A stretch of DNA of 64,000 nt from the human T2T-CHM13v2.0 reference genome, Homo sapiens (GCF_009914755.1 NC_060938.1); one strand, 5' to 3'. Positions 1 to 14,091 are shown, counted from the stretch's first letter. Numbers and translations: made by a program. Notes: generated by a model not told the origin, from the letters alone.

Positions 1-422
1 TAAATGATTCCATCACCTAGGTACTGAGTATAGTACCCAATAGTTAGCTTTTCAACCCTTGGCTCCCCCTCTCTTCTCATTCTAATAGTCCACAGTTTCT
101 ATTGTTCTCAACTTTATGTCCATGAGCACTCAATGTTTAGCTCTCACTTGTAAGTGAGGACATGAGGTTTTTTATTTTCTGTTCCTGTGTTAATAATTTG
201 CTTAAGATAATGGCCTCCAGCTGCATTCATGTTACTGCAAAGGACATGATTTCATTCTTCTTATGACTGCATAGTATTCCATGGCATATATGTAACACAT
301 TTTCTTTATCCAATCTGTTATTAATGGGCACCTAGGTTGATTCTGTGTCTTTGCTATTGTGACTAGTGCTGCAATGAATACACAAGTATATGTGTCTTTT
401 TGGTAGAAAAATGTGTGTTTTC

Positions 423-1119
<697 letters not shown>

Positions 1120-4100
1120 TTAATTTACATTCCCACCAATAGTGTATAAATGTTGCCTTTTCTCCAGATCCTCGCCAGCATCTTGTTTTCTACTTTTTAT
1201 TAATAGCCATTCTGACTGGTGTGAGATGGTTCTCATGGTGGTTCTGATTTGCATTTCTCTGATAATTAATGATGACAAGCATTTCTTCATATGTTTCATA
1301 TGTTGGCCACTTGTATGTCCTCTTTTGAGAAGTGTCTGTTGATGTCTTTTGCCCATTTTTAATGGGGTTATTTGCTTTTGCTTGCTCAATTGTTTAAATT
1401 CCTTATAGATTCTGGATATTAGATCTTTGTTGGATGCACAGTTTGCGAATATTTTCTCCTGTTGTCTGTTTACTCTGTTGACAGTTTATTTTGCTGTGCA
1501 GAAGTTCTTTAGTTTAATTCGGTCTCACTTATCAATTTTCATTTTTGTTGCAGTTGCTCAAGGACTTCTTCATAAATTCTTTCCCAACACCAATGTCCAG
1601 AATGGTGTCTCCTAGGTTTTCTTCTAGAATTCTTAGAGTTTGAAGTCTTACATTTAAATATTTAATCCATCTCGAGTTAATTTTTGTTTATGGTGAAATG
1701 TAGGGGTCCAGTTTCATTTTTCTGCATATCGGTAGCCAGTTATCCCAGCACCACTTATTGAATAGGGAGTCCTTTTTCCATTGTTTATTTTTGTTCACTT
1801 TGTCAAAGATGACATGGCTATAACTGCACAGCTTTATTTCTGAGTTCTCTATTTTGTTCCATTAGTCTATGTGTCTATTTTTGTACCAGTATCATGCAGT
1901 TTTGGTAGCTGTAGCCTTATAGCATAATTTGAAGTCAGGTAATATGATGCCTCCAGCTTTGTTCTTTTTGCTTAGGCTTGCTTTTGCTATTTGGACTCTT
2001 TCTTGGTTCCCTATGAATTTTACAATAGTTTTTTCCTAGTTCTGTGAAAAATGGCATTGGTAGTTTTATAGAAAGAGCATTGAATCTGTAGATTGCTTTA
2101 GGCAGTATGGCATTTTAACAATATTGATTCTTCCAATCCATAAGCATAGAATGTTTTTTCATTTGTTTGTGTTATCTATGATGTCTTTTAGCAGTGCTTT
2201 GTCGTATTCTTTGTAGAGATCTTTCATCCCCTTTATTAGATGTATTCCTAGGTATTTTTTTCTGTGTATGGCTATTGTTAATAAGATTGCATTCTTGATT
2301 TGGTTCTCAGCTTGAACATTATTGATTTTTAGAAATACTGCTAATTTTTGTACATTGACTTTGTATCCTGAAACTTTACTGAAGTTGTTTATTAGTTCCA
2401 GGAGCCTTTTGGTGGAGACTACGGTTTTCTAGGTATAGTCTACGAAAAATTGTTTGACTTTTTCTTTTCCTGCTTGGGTGCGTTTTCTTTCTTTCTCGTC
2501 TGATTGCTCTGGCTAGCACATCCAGTACTATGTTGAATCGGAGTGACGAAAGTGGGCATCCTTGCCTTGTTCTAGTCCTCAAAGGGAATGCTTCCAGGTT
2601 TTGCCCATTCAGTATGATGTTGGCTGTGGATTTATCACAGATGGATCTTGTCATTTTGAGGTATGTTCCTTCACCATCTAATTTCTTGAGGGTTTTTTTT
2701 TAATGAAGAGATATTGGATTTTATCAAAAGCTTTTCCATGTCTATTCAGAGGATCATATGGTTTGTGTTTTTAATTCCATTTATGTGATTCATCACATTT
2801 ATTGATTTGCATATGTTGAACCGACTTTGCATCATAAGAAAGAAGCCAGCTTAATCATCGTGAATTAACTTTTTTGACATGCTGTTGAATTCAGTTCGCT
2901 AGTATTTTGTTGAGGATTTTTGTGTCCATGTTTATCAGGAATATTGGCCTTTAGTTTTCTTTCTTCATTGTGTCTTTGCCAGATTTCATATTAGGGTGAT
3001 GATGCTGGCTCCACAGAATGAGTTAGGAAGGAATCCCTCCTTCTTGATTTTTTTGGTATAGTTTCATTAGGATTAGAACTAATTATTTCAATATGTGATA
3101 GAATTCAGCTATGAATCTATTTGGTCCAGGGCCTTTTCGATTTGGTAGTTTTTTTTATTACCAATTCAATTTCAGAATACAATATTGGTCTGTTCAGTAT
3201 TTCAATTTCTTCTTGATTCAATCTTAGGAGATTGTGTGTTTCCAGGAATTTATTTGTGTACTTCCTCTAGATTTCCTAGTTTGTGTGAATAGAGGTGTTC
3301 ATAATAGTGTCTGAGGATCTTTTGTATTTCCATGGGATCAGTTGTAATGTCACCTTTGTTGTTTCTGGTTGTGTTTATTTGAATCTTCTCTTTCTCTCTT
3401 TTTTTTTTTTCTTTCTTGTTAATCCAGCTAGCGCTCTATCCTTTTGGTTTTATTGATTTTTTAATGGGTTTTGGGTTCTCAATTTCATTCAGTTCCTCTC
3501 TGATTTTAGTTATTTATTTTCTTCTGCTAGCTTTGAGGTTAGTTTGTTCTTGTTTTCCTAGTTCCTGTAGATGTGGTATTAGATCATTAATTTGAGGTCT
3601 TCCTAACTTCTTGAGTTAGGCATTCAGCACTATTAAAAAAATTTTTTTTAATTATTTGAAATAAATAAAAACAAAGACACAACATATCTCTTCTGCCTAT
3701 TTAAGTATTGTTGGGAAGTCCTATTAGCCTGATGGGGTTCATTTTGTATGTAATTTGATCTTTTTCTCAGCTGCCTTTAAGATTTTTTCATTAAAATTGA
3801 CTTTGGACTGTTTGGTGACTTAAGTGCCCTGGTGATGTTCATTTTGTATAGTATCCTGCCGGTGTTTTCTGGATTTCTTGTATCTGTCTACCTCTCTAGC
3901 AAGATTGTAGAAGTTTTTTTTTTTTCCTTATTTCCACAAATATGTTTTCCAGGTTATTTACTTTTTCTTCTTCTCTCTCTCTCAGGAATGCCTATAATTT
4001 GTAGGTTTGGTTGCTTCACCCAAACCCATATTTGTCAAAGAGTTTGTTCATTTTTTGAATTTTTTTTTATTTCTGTCTTGCTGGGTTAGTTTGAAAGACT

Positions 4101-4397
4101 GGTCTTGAAGCTCTGAAATCCTTTCTTCTGCTTGGTCCAGTCTCTTGATAAAGGTTTCAATCATATTTTGAAATTTCTTAAGTGAGATTTTCAGTTCTAG
4201 AAGCTCTGAATGATTTATTTTTAAAATGTTTATCTTTTCCTTCATTTTCCGGATTGCATTAGAAGTTTATTTGTGTTGATTTTCAACCTTGTCTTGGATC
4301 TAACTGAGCTCCCCTACAATCCATGCTTTAAATTCTCTACCTGTCATTTCTGAGTTTCCTTTTTGATTAGGGAACATTGCTAACGAGCTAGTACAAT

Positions 4398-4837
4398 TGT
4401 GATGGTTAATACCAAGTGTCAACTTGATTGGATTTAAGGATGCAAAGTATTGTTCCTGGGTGTGTCTGTGAGTGTGTTGCCAAACGAGATTAACATTTGA
4501 GTCAGTGGGCTGGGGAAGGCAGACTCACCCTCAATCTGGTGGGTACAATCTAATCAGCTTTCAGAGAATATAAAGCAGGCAGAAAAACGTGAAAAGGCCA
4601 GACTGGCCTAGCCTCCAAGGTACATATTTCTCCCATGCTGGATGCTTTCTGCCCTCAGACATTGGACTCCAAGTTCTTCAGTTTTGAGACTCAGACTGGC
4701 TCTGCTTGCTTCTCAAGCTTGCAGACAGCCTATTGTGGGATCTTGTGATTGTGTACGTTAAAACTTAATAAACTCCCCTTTATATATATAAATATATCTT
4801 ATTAGTTCTGTCCCTCTAGTGAACTGTGACTAATACA
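4398..4837 (+). mobile_element. MLT2A2-like ERVL solo LTR inserted in L1 ORF1
   Basis: TGTGATGGTTAATA...GTGTCAACTTGATTGG start, GACTAATACA end, TG..CA termini, 5-bp TSD ACAAT/GCAAT. Confidence 0.9.
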
Positions 4838-5499
4838 GCAATTCTCTGGTGGTGTCACTATATTCAGATTTTTCACAGTGCCAGAATTCTTGTTCTAGTT
4901 TCTTCTTGTCTGGAAATGCTGGCACTTCTAATTTTTGTAATTATTTTCATACGAGTAGGATTTTTTCTTTTTATTTATTTCCCCATAGTATTTTTTTCTC
5001 TTCCTTTCTCCTTTCCTCTGCTTCATGTGCAACTGGAGAGAGTGCTGGGTAGGGTCTTTTGGCTTTGCTTCTATAGCTCTATGCATTCTTTCAGTAGGTT
5101 TTATATTGCGCTGTGCAGTTCAGCCTATATGCCAGTTGATAGTGCTTTTAGGTAAGAGCCAGCTGTGGAAAACATGGCTGGGTATATACTTGATCCTTGT
5201 TTACTGGCAGAAGCTCTCTGTTGCCTCAGGCAATGGGCTGGTTCATGGAATGCACAGTGGTCTGGGCTCCCTTCTTAGTCCTAGCATGGGTGGGGGCCAC
5301 AAAGGACAGGGCCAGGCCAGGCAGGTCCACTTACAGGTCCCCTGATGACAAACACAAATACCAGGCACCAAGGAAGAATCCAGGGGGCAGCCACTAAGCA
5401 CCCAAACATGTGCCTAGGCATGAAACTGGGAAACTTCCTCAGCCCCAAGTTCCCTGCACAGGAATAAGGGAAGGTGGCCTAAATTCCTAATCCAAGAGA

Positions 5500-6190
5500 G
5501 TAGATGCTCCAGATGCCTGGAGAGCTGCCTGAGTGTGGAACAGAGAGGACCCCTACTGCACCAAGATCTCTGCACAAGGACTGGTGACCCAGGCTGCTGG
5601 ACCATGCAAGTAGGTGCTCTGAATGCCTGGGGATCTGCCTGAGTGTGTAGCTGAGAAAGCCCCTTTTTACCAGGGTCTCTGCACAGGATGGGTGGGGCAG
5701 CTCAGGCAGCTGATCCAAGTGAGCAGGTTCTACAAATTCCTGAAGACCTACCTGGGCATGGTGCAGAGAGGGCCTCCACGGCACCACAACTGATATCCCA
5801 GGAAGAGGGGCCCAGCTCAGGCTATTGGACCAGATGAGTGGTTCCTCTCAATGCCTGGAGATCTGTCTGCACCAGGATCTCTGCACAGGAAGGGCAGGAT
5901 GGGTCAGGCTGTTGGTCCAGGTGAATGGGTATTCCAAATGCCTGGAGATATGCCTGGATGTGAAGCAGAGAGTCCCACTGAACCCTAATCTATGTCCAGG
6001 AAGGGTGGGCATCTCAGGCTGCTGAACCAGGCAAGTGTGTGGAGCAGAGAGGGCCCAGCTGCATTGCAATCTATGTCCATGAAGGGTGAGGTGGCTTAGG
6101 CTGCTGGTCCAGGCAAGTGGGTGCTCAGAATGCCTAATTTTCTGCCTAGAGGTGGAGCAGAGAGGGTCCTGCTGCACCATGTGCTCAGGG
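5500..6190 (-). repeat. Degenerate ~110-bp tandem array in the L1 5'UTR
   Basis: ATGCCTGG-like anchor recurs at about 5513, 5623, 5735, 5851, 5938 and 6130 with recurring CAGAGAGGG and CAGGCTGCTGG blocks. Confidence 0.75.
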
Positions 6191-7499
6191 GAGCAAGCAG
6201 GGGCACCCAGAAATGGCACATGCAAATCAGTTCCAGGTCACCAAGCCAGCCCTGGCTGCAAGTCTCACCACCCAGGAGAAAGTGCAGCTGTAGCAGCTCT
6301 CCTCCCGCCCCAGGCTTACAATGGGGGAAAGCACAATTCCAGCATCTACTTCTGAGGCACTTCCCACATTTCTAACTGTGGAAGCCCCTACCCTACTCTA
6401 AAGCAGGCTCTTTAATCTCTGGCCCAAGACTAAAATGCCTGCATGGTTGCATTGCCAGGTCACCCAAGAATAGTTGCCTTTGTATGCTCGTGGAGTAAAA
6501 ATGGCTCCCTGCTCTCAGTCCCAGGTCTGGGAAAATGTCTGCGGCTTTTCCTGATATCTTTCCCTCACAACATCTTCAAGCCTCTCCTCAGGTTAGCTAC
6601 AGGGCTTGAGAGAAACAAAGTGCTTTCCCTCAGCCTGGGTTGCTTATATCCCCAATGGAAAGAAAGTCACAGAGGGAGGCTATCTATATCTCTCATTCTG
6701 GGGCTTCACGCACCTTTATCAGCTGGACGCCATCATGAGAGCTGCTTGGTCATGTTCTCCTATCCAAGATCTGGGGTATCATTCATAATTCTAGTGTACT
6801 CTCATTTCCCTTCTTGAATTAAAGCTCATAGAGTCAATCTTTATTTACTATCTTGCTATCATGAAGTGGCTGAGGAATGCTAAGAGCCTCTAATCTGTTA
6901 TCTTCTCATGGCTGCTTTAATTTGCATTTCCCTAACTTCTCATGAAGTTGAATGTCTTCTCTATGGTGTTTATTCTGTATTTGTGTTTTTCATTGGTTTG
7001 TTTAGCCTTTCGATTTTTTAACTTGAGTTTATTTTTGCAATCAATTCACGGGAGAACTTTGAGGACTATAACCCTCTTGTCTGGCATATTGCTAATATCC
7101 CTCAAAACTCTCCCACAAATTTCCATATGTGATGTCCATTTTCTCCTCAGTCCATGGCTCTCTTTTACTTTTGATGTCTTTTACCATATAGGGTTTTTTT
7201 TTAATTTTTATGCAATTGTGGTGGAGACTACCAGTTGCCCGCTAAAACCCATTCTGCTTGCTTCTTTGGCATATGGCTGCACTGTACTTCCCTACTCCCT
7301 TGCAGTTAGGTGTAGCCCTAGGACAAACTTTCATCAATGTGATACACACAGGATAAATGTGTACCTCTTCCCACATTTAGGTCTTAAGAAGTACTCATGC
7401 CCCCTCCATGCTCCCTCTCCTTCCACCAGATAGAACTTGGACATGACAGCAAATTTTGACCATGGAGGGAACAATATCCTATGAGACAACAAAGCCACA

Positions 7500-8584
7500 T
7501 GTATCAGTCAAGGTCCAATCAGAAACTGGGTGGGAGTGGGGCTTAATATATTGTTAAACTCTAATCAATGAGTGACTATAAGAGAAAACACCATATGGTA
7601 CCTGATATGGTTTGACTGTGTCCCCACCCAAATATTGAATTGTAGCTCCCAGAATTCCCACATGTCCTAGGAGGGACCCAGTGGGAGATTACTGAATCAC
7701 GGGGGTGGGTCTTTCCCATGCTGTTCTCATAAGAGTGAATAAGTCTCACGAGATCTGGTGGTTTTATAAAAAGGGAGTTCCCCTGCACATGCTCTCTCTC
7801 TTGCCTGCTGCCATGTAAGACATGCCTTTGCTTCCCCTTTGCCTTCTGCCATGATTGTGAGGCTTTCCCAGCCACGTGGAACTGCGAGTTCATTAAACCT
7901 CTTTCCTTTATAAATTACCCAGTCTCGGGTATGTCTTTATTACCAGCATTAGAATAGAATAATACAGTACCATTGGGCGGAGGAAGAGCCCCTGAGGAAG
8001 TCCAAACCTAGAGGGGACCCCCTTTCCCAAGGCTGGGGTTCAGCCCACTAGATAGCAGAGAAGTTTACTTGTTTGCCCAGGCCAGAGCTAACTGCAATCA
8101 CTGAACAAGCAGGAAGCAATCTTCTGGAGTAGAGGCTGGGCACAGGCAGTCAGCAACTGGGGATCTTGGCCTGGGCATGCAGAGGGAGTGAGGCTCTTGG
8201 GCACAGGTCTGCAAAGTAAACTGCACTTGTAGGGGCAGGAGGCCTTCAGAAGCCATTTTTCAAGTGAGTTGGGCTGCAGAAAGGTTATCCCCAGGCCAGG
8301 CTTAGGCTGTAACATTGCTAAAGGATCATTCATTCTGAGTGCATGGTTAGAGCAGAACTCTACAGAATGGCCTCACATTGACACTGCTGACCCACTGTAT
8401 AGCTGCCAGAAACAGCAGAAGCCCCTTTCACTAGCAATGTCCCTCCAGCACCCTCTAATGAGAAAGTGTAACATCTTACCCACTGTAAATGGAAGATGGC
8501 TGCAGGAATTCTGTCCACTGTTATCACAGAACATATGAAAGAGCGCAAGTGGAGCTTAAAGGCAATAAATTGTTAACTAGCACA
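7500..8584 (-). mobile_element. Ancient LTR (LTR78-like), interrupted by THE1C
   Basis: TGTATCAGTCAAGGTCCAATCAG...GGAGCTTAAAGGCAATAAATTGTTAACTAGCACA, TG..CA termini; ends resemble the element at 30170-30768. Confidence 0.45.
7603..7966 (+). mobile_element. THE1C-like MaLR solo LTR
   Basis: TGATATGGTTTGACTGTGTCCCCACCCAAAT...AATAATACA; perfect TSD GTACC at 7598-7602 and 7967-7971. Confidence 0.93.
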
Positions 8585-9934
8585 CTGAGACTTGTCAACT
8601 ATAAAGAGCCTGAGTTCCTGAACGACCACAAGGCCCCCACCAGTGGTCAGCAACCACCTGGAATGCTCACCTCTGAAATGTTTCATGAGAGAAAAATAAG
8701 CTTTTGTGTCCTTTGAGCCACATGGAGAGGGGAGGTTATTTGCAATAACAATTTGGTTTTATCCTAATTCAGTACTCTTTCATTTTAGAGTTTCTTGGTT
8801 TCCTGCCTTGTTTAGGAAGATCCTCTAGAGTTTACTTAAAAATATGCAGCAGGTGATTATCTGATTAGGAAAAAACTTGTCAAAAGAGAATATGGTCACT
8901 TTGGTTATGGTTAGTTAACAGCTACTTCCTAATACAGACAAGTAAGGAAGAAAATAAAAAGACAAATGAACATTGTATAAGTAAAATGCCATAAACAAAC
9001 CACTCTAGCTCCTTTGAGTAGCTTCTGTGAATACTTTCCAAAATGCAGACTTAAAGCAGCTGCAGAGAGGATGTTAATGTAAAGTAATCATAACAATTAG
9101 GTCTCCTAGTATATCGAGTGTCTTGACCACTCTATACAAACATTTGTTAATTAAGCAAGAGGTGTGAGCAGCTGGAAACATGGAAGGTATAGTTCCGTAC
9201 AAAATTCTACACTGTCTTATGCCAGAGAGAATTCCTCTCGGCATGTGGATTGCCCTGTCATGTGAAAAGTTAATTATAGCCTCTCCACATCGTCTCCGTC
9301 GTCCTCCTTTCCTCTAGTATCATTTCCTTCTTTGTGAGAAGTCAGTGTGGGCCTTATAGATAAAGTCAGTCAACATTTACGGCTGTGCTGTGTATGCACA
9401 TTATATTGCCTGGCACTGTGGGAAAATACAAAGGAAAAACAGGCCCTCATCCAGATAAATAAGCATTTATGGCCTATCAGGGAATCTGAACCAACACATG
9501 AGCAATACAGAATAGGCAGGCCAAAAGAACATATCACTAATGAAAGCACCACTTGTAACAAGTGCCCACCTGTAGTAGGAACAATGAAGAGATGCTGAAT
9601 GAACACATTTTCATCTCCCCTTTCCTGTGAAATCAGCATATATGTATGTGTAAATACTGGCTAACTAATCAAGTCCACCAAAAGACAAGTCAGAATTTGG
9701 TGATTACCTGAAGGTGAGTGGAGATAAATATTTTTGATGCTGGTGCTTTTAGCATATAATGGATTTATTATATTTCAGACACTTGTTCTAAACAATAGCA
9801 TAAAATCTACTGGCAAATATCATCTTTCTCACTATTGTTTTGTTTTGTTCTGGGGCTCTGTTCTGGAAATCAAGGCTTACATTTTAGGGTAATAAAAAAC
9901 AAAATCACCTACCCTGCTCAACATTTAAATAACA

Positions 9935-10231
9935 CCTTTGCGCCTTTCTACCTTCCTCCCTGTAGGAATTCCCTGCATCCCCGATCCCACCTGCCTAGTG
10001 AATTCCTGCTATTCTTCAGACTCAGTTCATACAAAACTCCTCTGTGGGGCCTTTTCTGAGTTCCTCTAGACAGAATTTATTCAGCTAGCATGAGTGTTAT
10101 CATTGCATTTTGGAAACATTTACTGCATGCTTTTATCTCCTGCTGATCTGTGGCAAGGATTTTTGTCTTCAATATTTATATTACTACAGCATGGCATTTG
10201 TAGGTGGCCAATATAAGCTTATTAAATGAAT
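9935..10231 (+). mobile_element. L2 3'-end fragment
   Basis: Pyrimidine-rich L2 3' region ending GTAGGTGGCCAATATAAGCTTATTAAATGAAT. Confidence 0.5.
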
Positions 10232-10419
10232 ACATTTTCACTTTTGCTATATAGTTTCCATAATCTAGTGTCAGAACTTCAAATTCTTAAAACATGTCAC
10301 AAACAGACTAATAATATTCTAGTAAAATTGTGTGTTGGTTTGTATTTAGAGCAGTGTTAAAAGTCTTTCCACCGATTGTTCCACAGCCCATGGCAGCGTT
10401 GAGTTGTGTCCTGGAAGTA

Positions 10420-10436
10420 CACTGCCCTCTGCTGGC
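10420..10436 (-). promoter_or_regulatory. CTCF core motif
   Basis: Minus strand reads GCCAGCAGAGGGCAGTG, matching CCASYAGRKGGCRS, in non-repeat DNA with retained CpGs nearby. Confidence 0.65.
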
Positions 10437-12124
10437 GTACTTTTCAACAAGCACATCAGTGCAAGGCAGGCCTTTGTTTAGATGGTGGTTCTAATCCCCC
10501 CACCATGCTGGGCAGCAGCTAACCACATGGCCATAGCTATTTATAGAAGGACAGTAGTGTAGAATATTAATTTTCATTTTATAGTCTGTGAAACATAGGC
10601 AGGGTACCAAATAGGAAATAAAGGCTGGTAAATGTCTTTATGTGTATTTTATATGGAGCCCTGAGTTGCTTAGAAAATTCGTATCATTTTTATTGTTTCA
10701 TAATTTGAAATGGCTTTATACCAGTCTTGCTAAGACCACATAATTGTATCAAAGAAATATAAGACATTAGCACAACAGATCAATACACACACACACACAC
10801 GGTGTGTTTCTAATTTTGTAAATACATGTTCTATATGCACATATCTGAAGGAGGAAAGGTTAGGAATAATGTCTCAGGATGCTAGTAAATGACAAGATTT
10901 TTAGCTGCTTTTAATTTAATTTTTGTTATCTTCTGTATTTTCTAATTTTTCTGAAATAATCATGAACTACTTGGAAATTAAAAAAAATGAAGAGAGAAAA
11001 GTTTATAGATAACGTTGCCAGGGGAAACAGTAATAGATAAGGCCTAAAGGCAAAATTAAAACTATCCTGCTTAGTGCAAGTAAAAGAAGTACCTTCTGAT
11101 GCTTAACATCACTAAGAAAAATAAATCTATAGTTGTCGATTACAGGAAGAAATGTGCTTGTCCTCTCAGGGAGCCACTGTTTAGCCAGCCCCTCCAAGAC
11201 AGGTCCTGTGAGGCTTGGTTCAGCCCCATTTACCTAGAAATTAATCATTAAGCCAGGCTGTTCTTCGTTAAGAAGCCAATGAAGTCGGTCTGCCATAGTC
11301 CCAGAAATACGGCTTGTGAAAGACTGCTTGAGTTACTCCAAAAAGAAACCAAATCATAGGCACTTAGAATACCCTGAGAAAGCTCAAGAAAGGGGGGAAA
11401 TGGCATGAACACTTGGCAAAGAAAGCTCAGCAATTTTCTTTTTAATTATTGAGATAAGAGAGTGAGTTTGGTTTCATTTAGCTGTTCAAATAGAAATCTA
11501 TTTAAATATTTAAACAGAAAAGCCTCCTGATCTACCATCCTGCCCTCCTGTAACAGCTATGGCCTCTCCACAGAGATGAATTTTATAGTGGATTTGGTTT
11601 GGGAAACTTCTGTTTTATGGGTTAGAAATTGATTTCAAGAGCATTCAGCAGAGTAAAATACACACAATTGTGTATTTGCTTTGGGGGTAAGTCCACACTC
11701 CCTTGCAGTACAAACTAAATCTCCTGCTGGTAAACACTAGGATGTTTGGCGTTTGAATTGCTTCTCTTTTAGAGATGTGGTCCTGATAATCTCTTTCACA
11801 AACTATTAAGGGCCCAAACCCTCCACGAATGCCTGGCCCTTACTTCCTGGGCATCATCCTGCGCTGTGTTTCTTCATTCTATTTGGACAAATAAAATTCA
11901 ACAACATCAAAGCAACAAATATTTGTTATATGCCTACTTGTTGTGCCCAGTGAAAATTTACTCTCCCAGGTGGCTCCTGATAATCAGACAAATCTTGCTG
12001 CTTTCTTCCATAACCAAGCCCATTCCAGAATTTAAAGGTTTCTTTAAATTATGCACCCTTCAAGAAGCAATTCCACAAGATGGGGAAAGGCAGCCTGTCA
12101 CAGCATTTAACCCATCAGACATTT

Positions 12125-12458
12125 TATGCTTCCAGTGTTTTACTCTGCCTAGAATGTCCAGACCATTTTTTCTTCCAGCAAAATCTTTTAACCTTAAAGG
12201 TCTAGCTTGATTCTCAACACTTCAGCCTCCCCTGAAGCACTACCTCCCTGAAGATGTAAGTTTCCCTTCCCCGATCATCGTTTCCAATTTCCTTGTTCCT
12301 ACTTCAGGCAGAGCTCTAACACTGTATTACAATTTTCTGTTTACCATGTCTGCTTTTCCTCTTTAAACTATGAGTTCCCAAGGAAACAGACTGTCTCACA
12401 AAATAATATTCCCAGTACCTACTGTTCGATAAATAAATACTGAGTGAATGAATGAATG
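12125..12458 (+). mobile_element. L2 3'-end fragment
   Basis: TCTGCCTAGAATG...AAACTATGAGTTCC...CCCAGTACCTA...TGAGTGAATGAATGAATG terminal repeat. Confidence 0.6.
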
Positions 12459-13821
12459 TAACAACCCCTAGAGAATCCAATTTGTCTGTATACTTTTACA
12501 TGTACAATAAAAAGATTAACAGATCCAAAAAGACAGCGTGAGAGCTTTATCTCAACTCTTCACAATATGTGATAAAATAGAATTGAACAAGTACTGTTTT
12601 AATTAATACCTAACAGAATGGCATTTATTAATATTTCTGTAGAGAGTAGTGTGAAAGCAGCAATTTTCACTTTGAGATTTCTCATGGGGAAAAAAAATCA
12701 GCTTTTCAAGAAGAAAAGTAGATTTTCCTAGCAGCTCAAACTTCCTTTCACCAAATTCTGTTAAATCGAAACAGCTAGCCAAAAGCTGTTGCACATTTTG
12801 TCACCCCAAAGAATGTGATTTTTTTTTCTTGCTATGTTGGTGTGAGCTTTCCCACATTGCTTTATTTGACTGTGTGTGTGCCATTGGTGGCTGAGAAAAG
12901 AAAATCTCAGATATCATTCCTTGATTCACCAATTATAAATTTTGTAAAAATTTGTAAAAATACAAATTGTAAACTTGTATATTCCTAGTTAATTTAGTAT
13001 TTTATTACTTTAAATCATAGTTCTCTTCCTTGGGAAGCTAATGTCTCCTTAATAATGAATTGTGCTTTTCCCCTAAACTATTCCCTGTTATTATTCCTGA
13101 ACATTCCACACATAAATTCATCTCTGACCTTTTAGATTAATCCCTTTGTTGTTTAAGATCAATTTCGTCTACTTCCTGGTAGCCAGCAAGCCTGTTGGAA
13201 AAATATATTCATTCTTTCAAGTCCACAGTAGCACAAAATGCATTCCACAAGCTAGTATAAAACCATTTACAAACCAGAGGCTCCCAGGCTGGTAATTCAG
13301 CAAAGGTCCAGGCTGTCACTAATCCATCACGTAAATTGTTCACCTGTGAAACCATAGGTTCCGTATATGGAAATACAAAGCTAAGTCATTGTCCTCATAA
13401 TTCAGGTTTTTTCAACTCTAACCTCATTACCTGAATATTTCAGATGAATGTGGGGGTTAGGTCAGCCTGAACAGTACAAGTAGAGAGGGTAGGTTAATAT
13501 CTTTGCAATAGCTAATGTCCATCTTTCATAGGCAAATCAGTATACTCTGCCCAGATTGACACTTCTGTTTCCAACTTAAAGACTGTTTAACTGATCCATC
13601 TCCAAAAGTCTACGACTAAATTCAACCCTTAGGCAGTTTGAACATTTACAGTTTTGTTGAACTTAGCAAAATGATCATTTATGTTGTGCATACTCCAATT
13701 CTCAAGGCTGAGTTAATGTTAATATCACCTTGATGTGCTAAGATCTCCTAATGATGTGGTACCCAAAATCAATCTTCTTGTGTGCTGATTAGAGATTGAT
13801 GTGAATTGAGTTATGACTTTA

Positions 13822-14091
<270 letters not shown>

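Larger units (their letters stand above)
7217..8771 (+). mobile_element. Old MLT1 (MLT1I/J-like) LTR split by nested LTRs
   Basis: TGTGGTGG start, CCCTTGCAGTTAGGTGT, AGCCACA at the break; resumes after 8584 with GAGCCTGAGTTCCTGAA and TGAGAGAAAAATAAGCTT. Confidence 0.6.

Noticed and set aside
6942-7433. 163-aa hydrophobic ORF
   Set aside because: Spans T-rich decayed antisense L1 and an MLT1 LTR; the hydrophobicity is compositional
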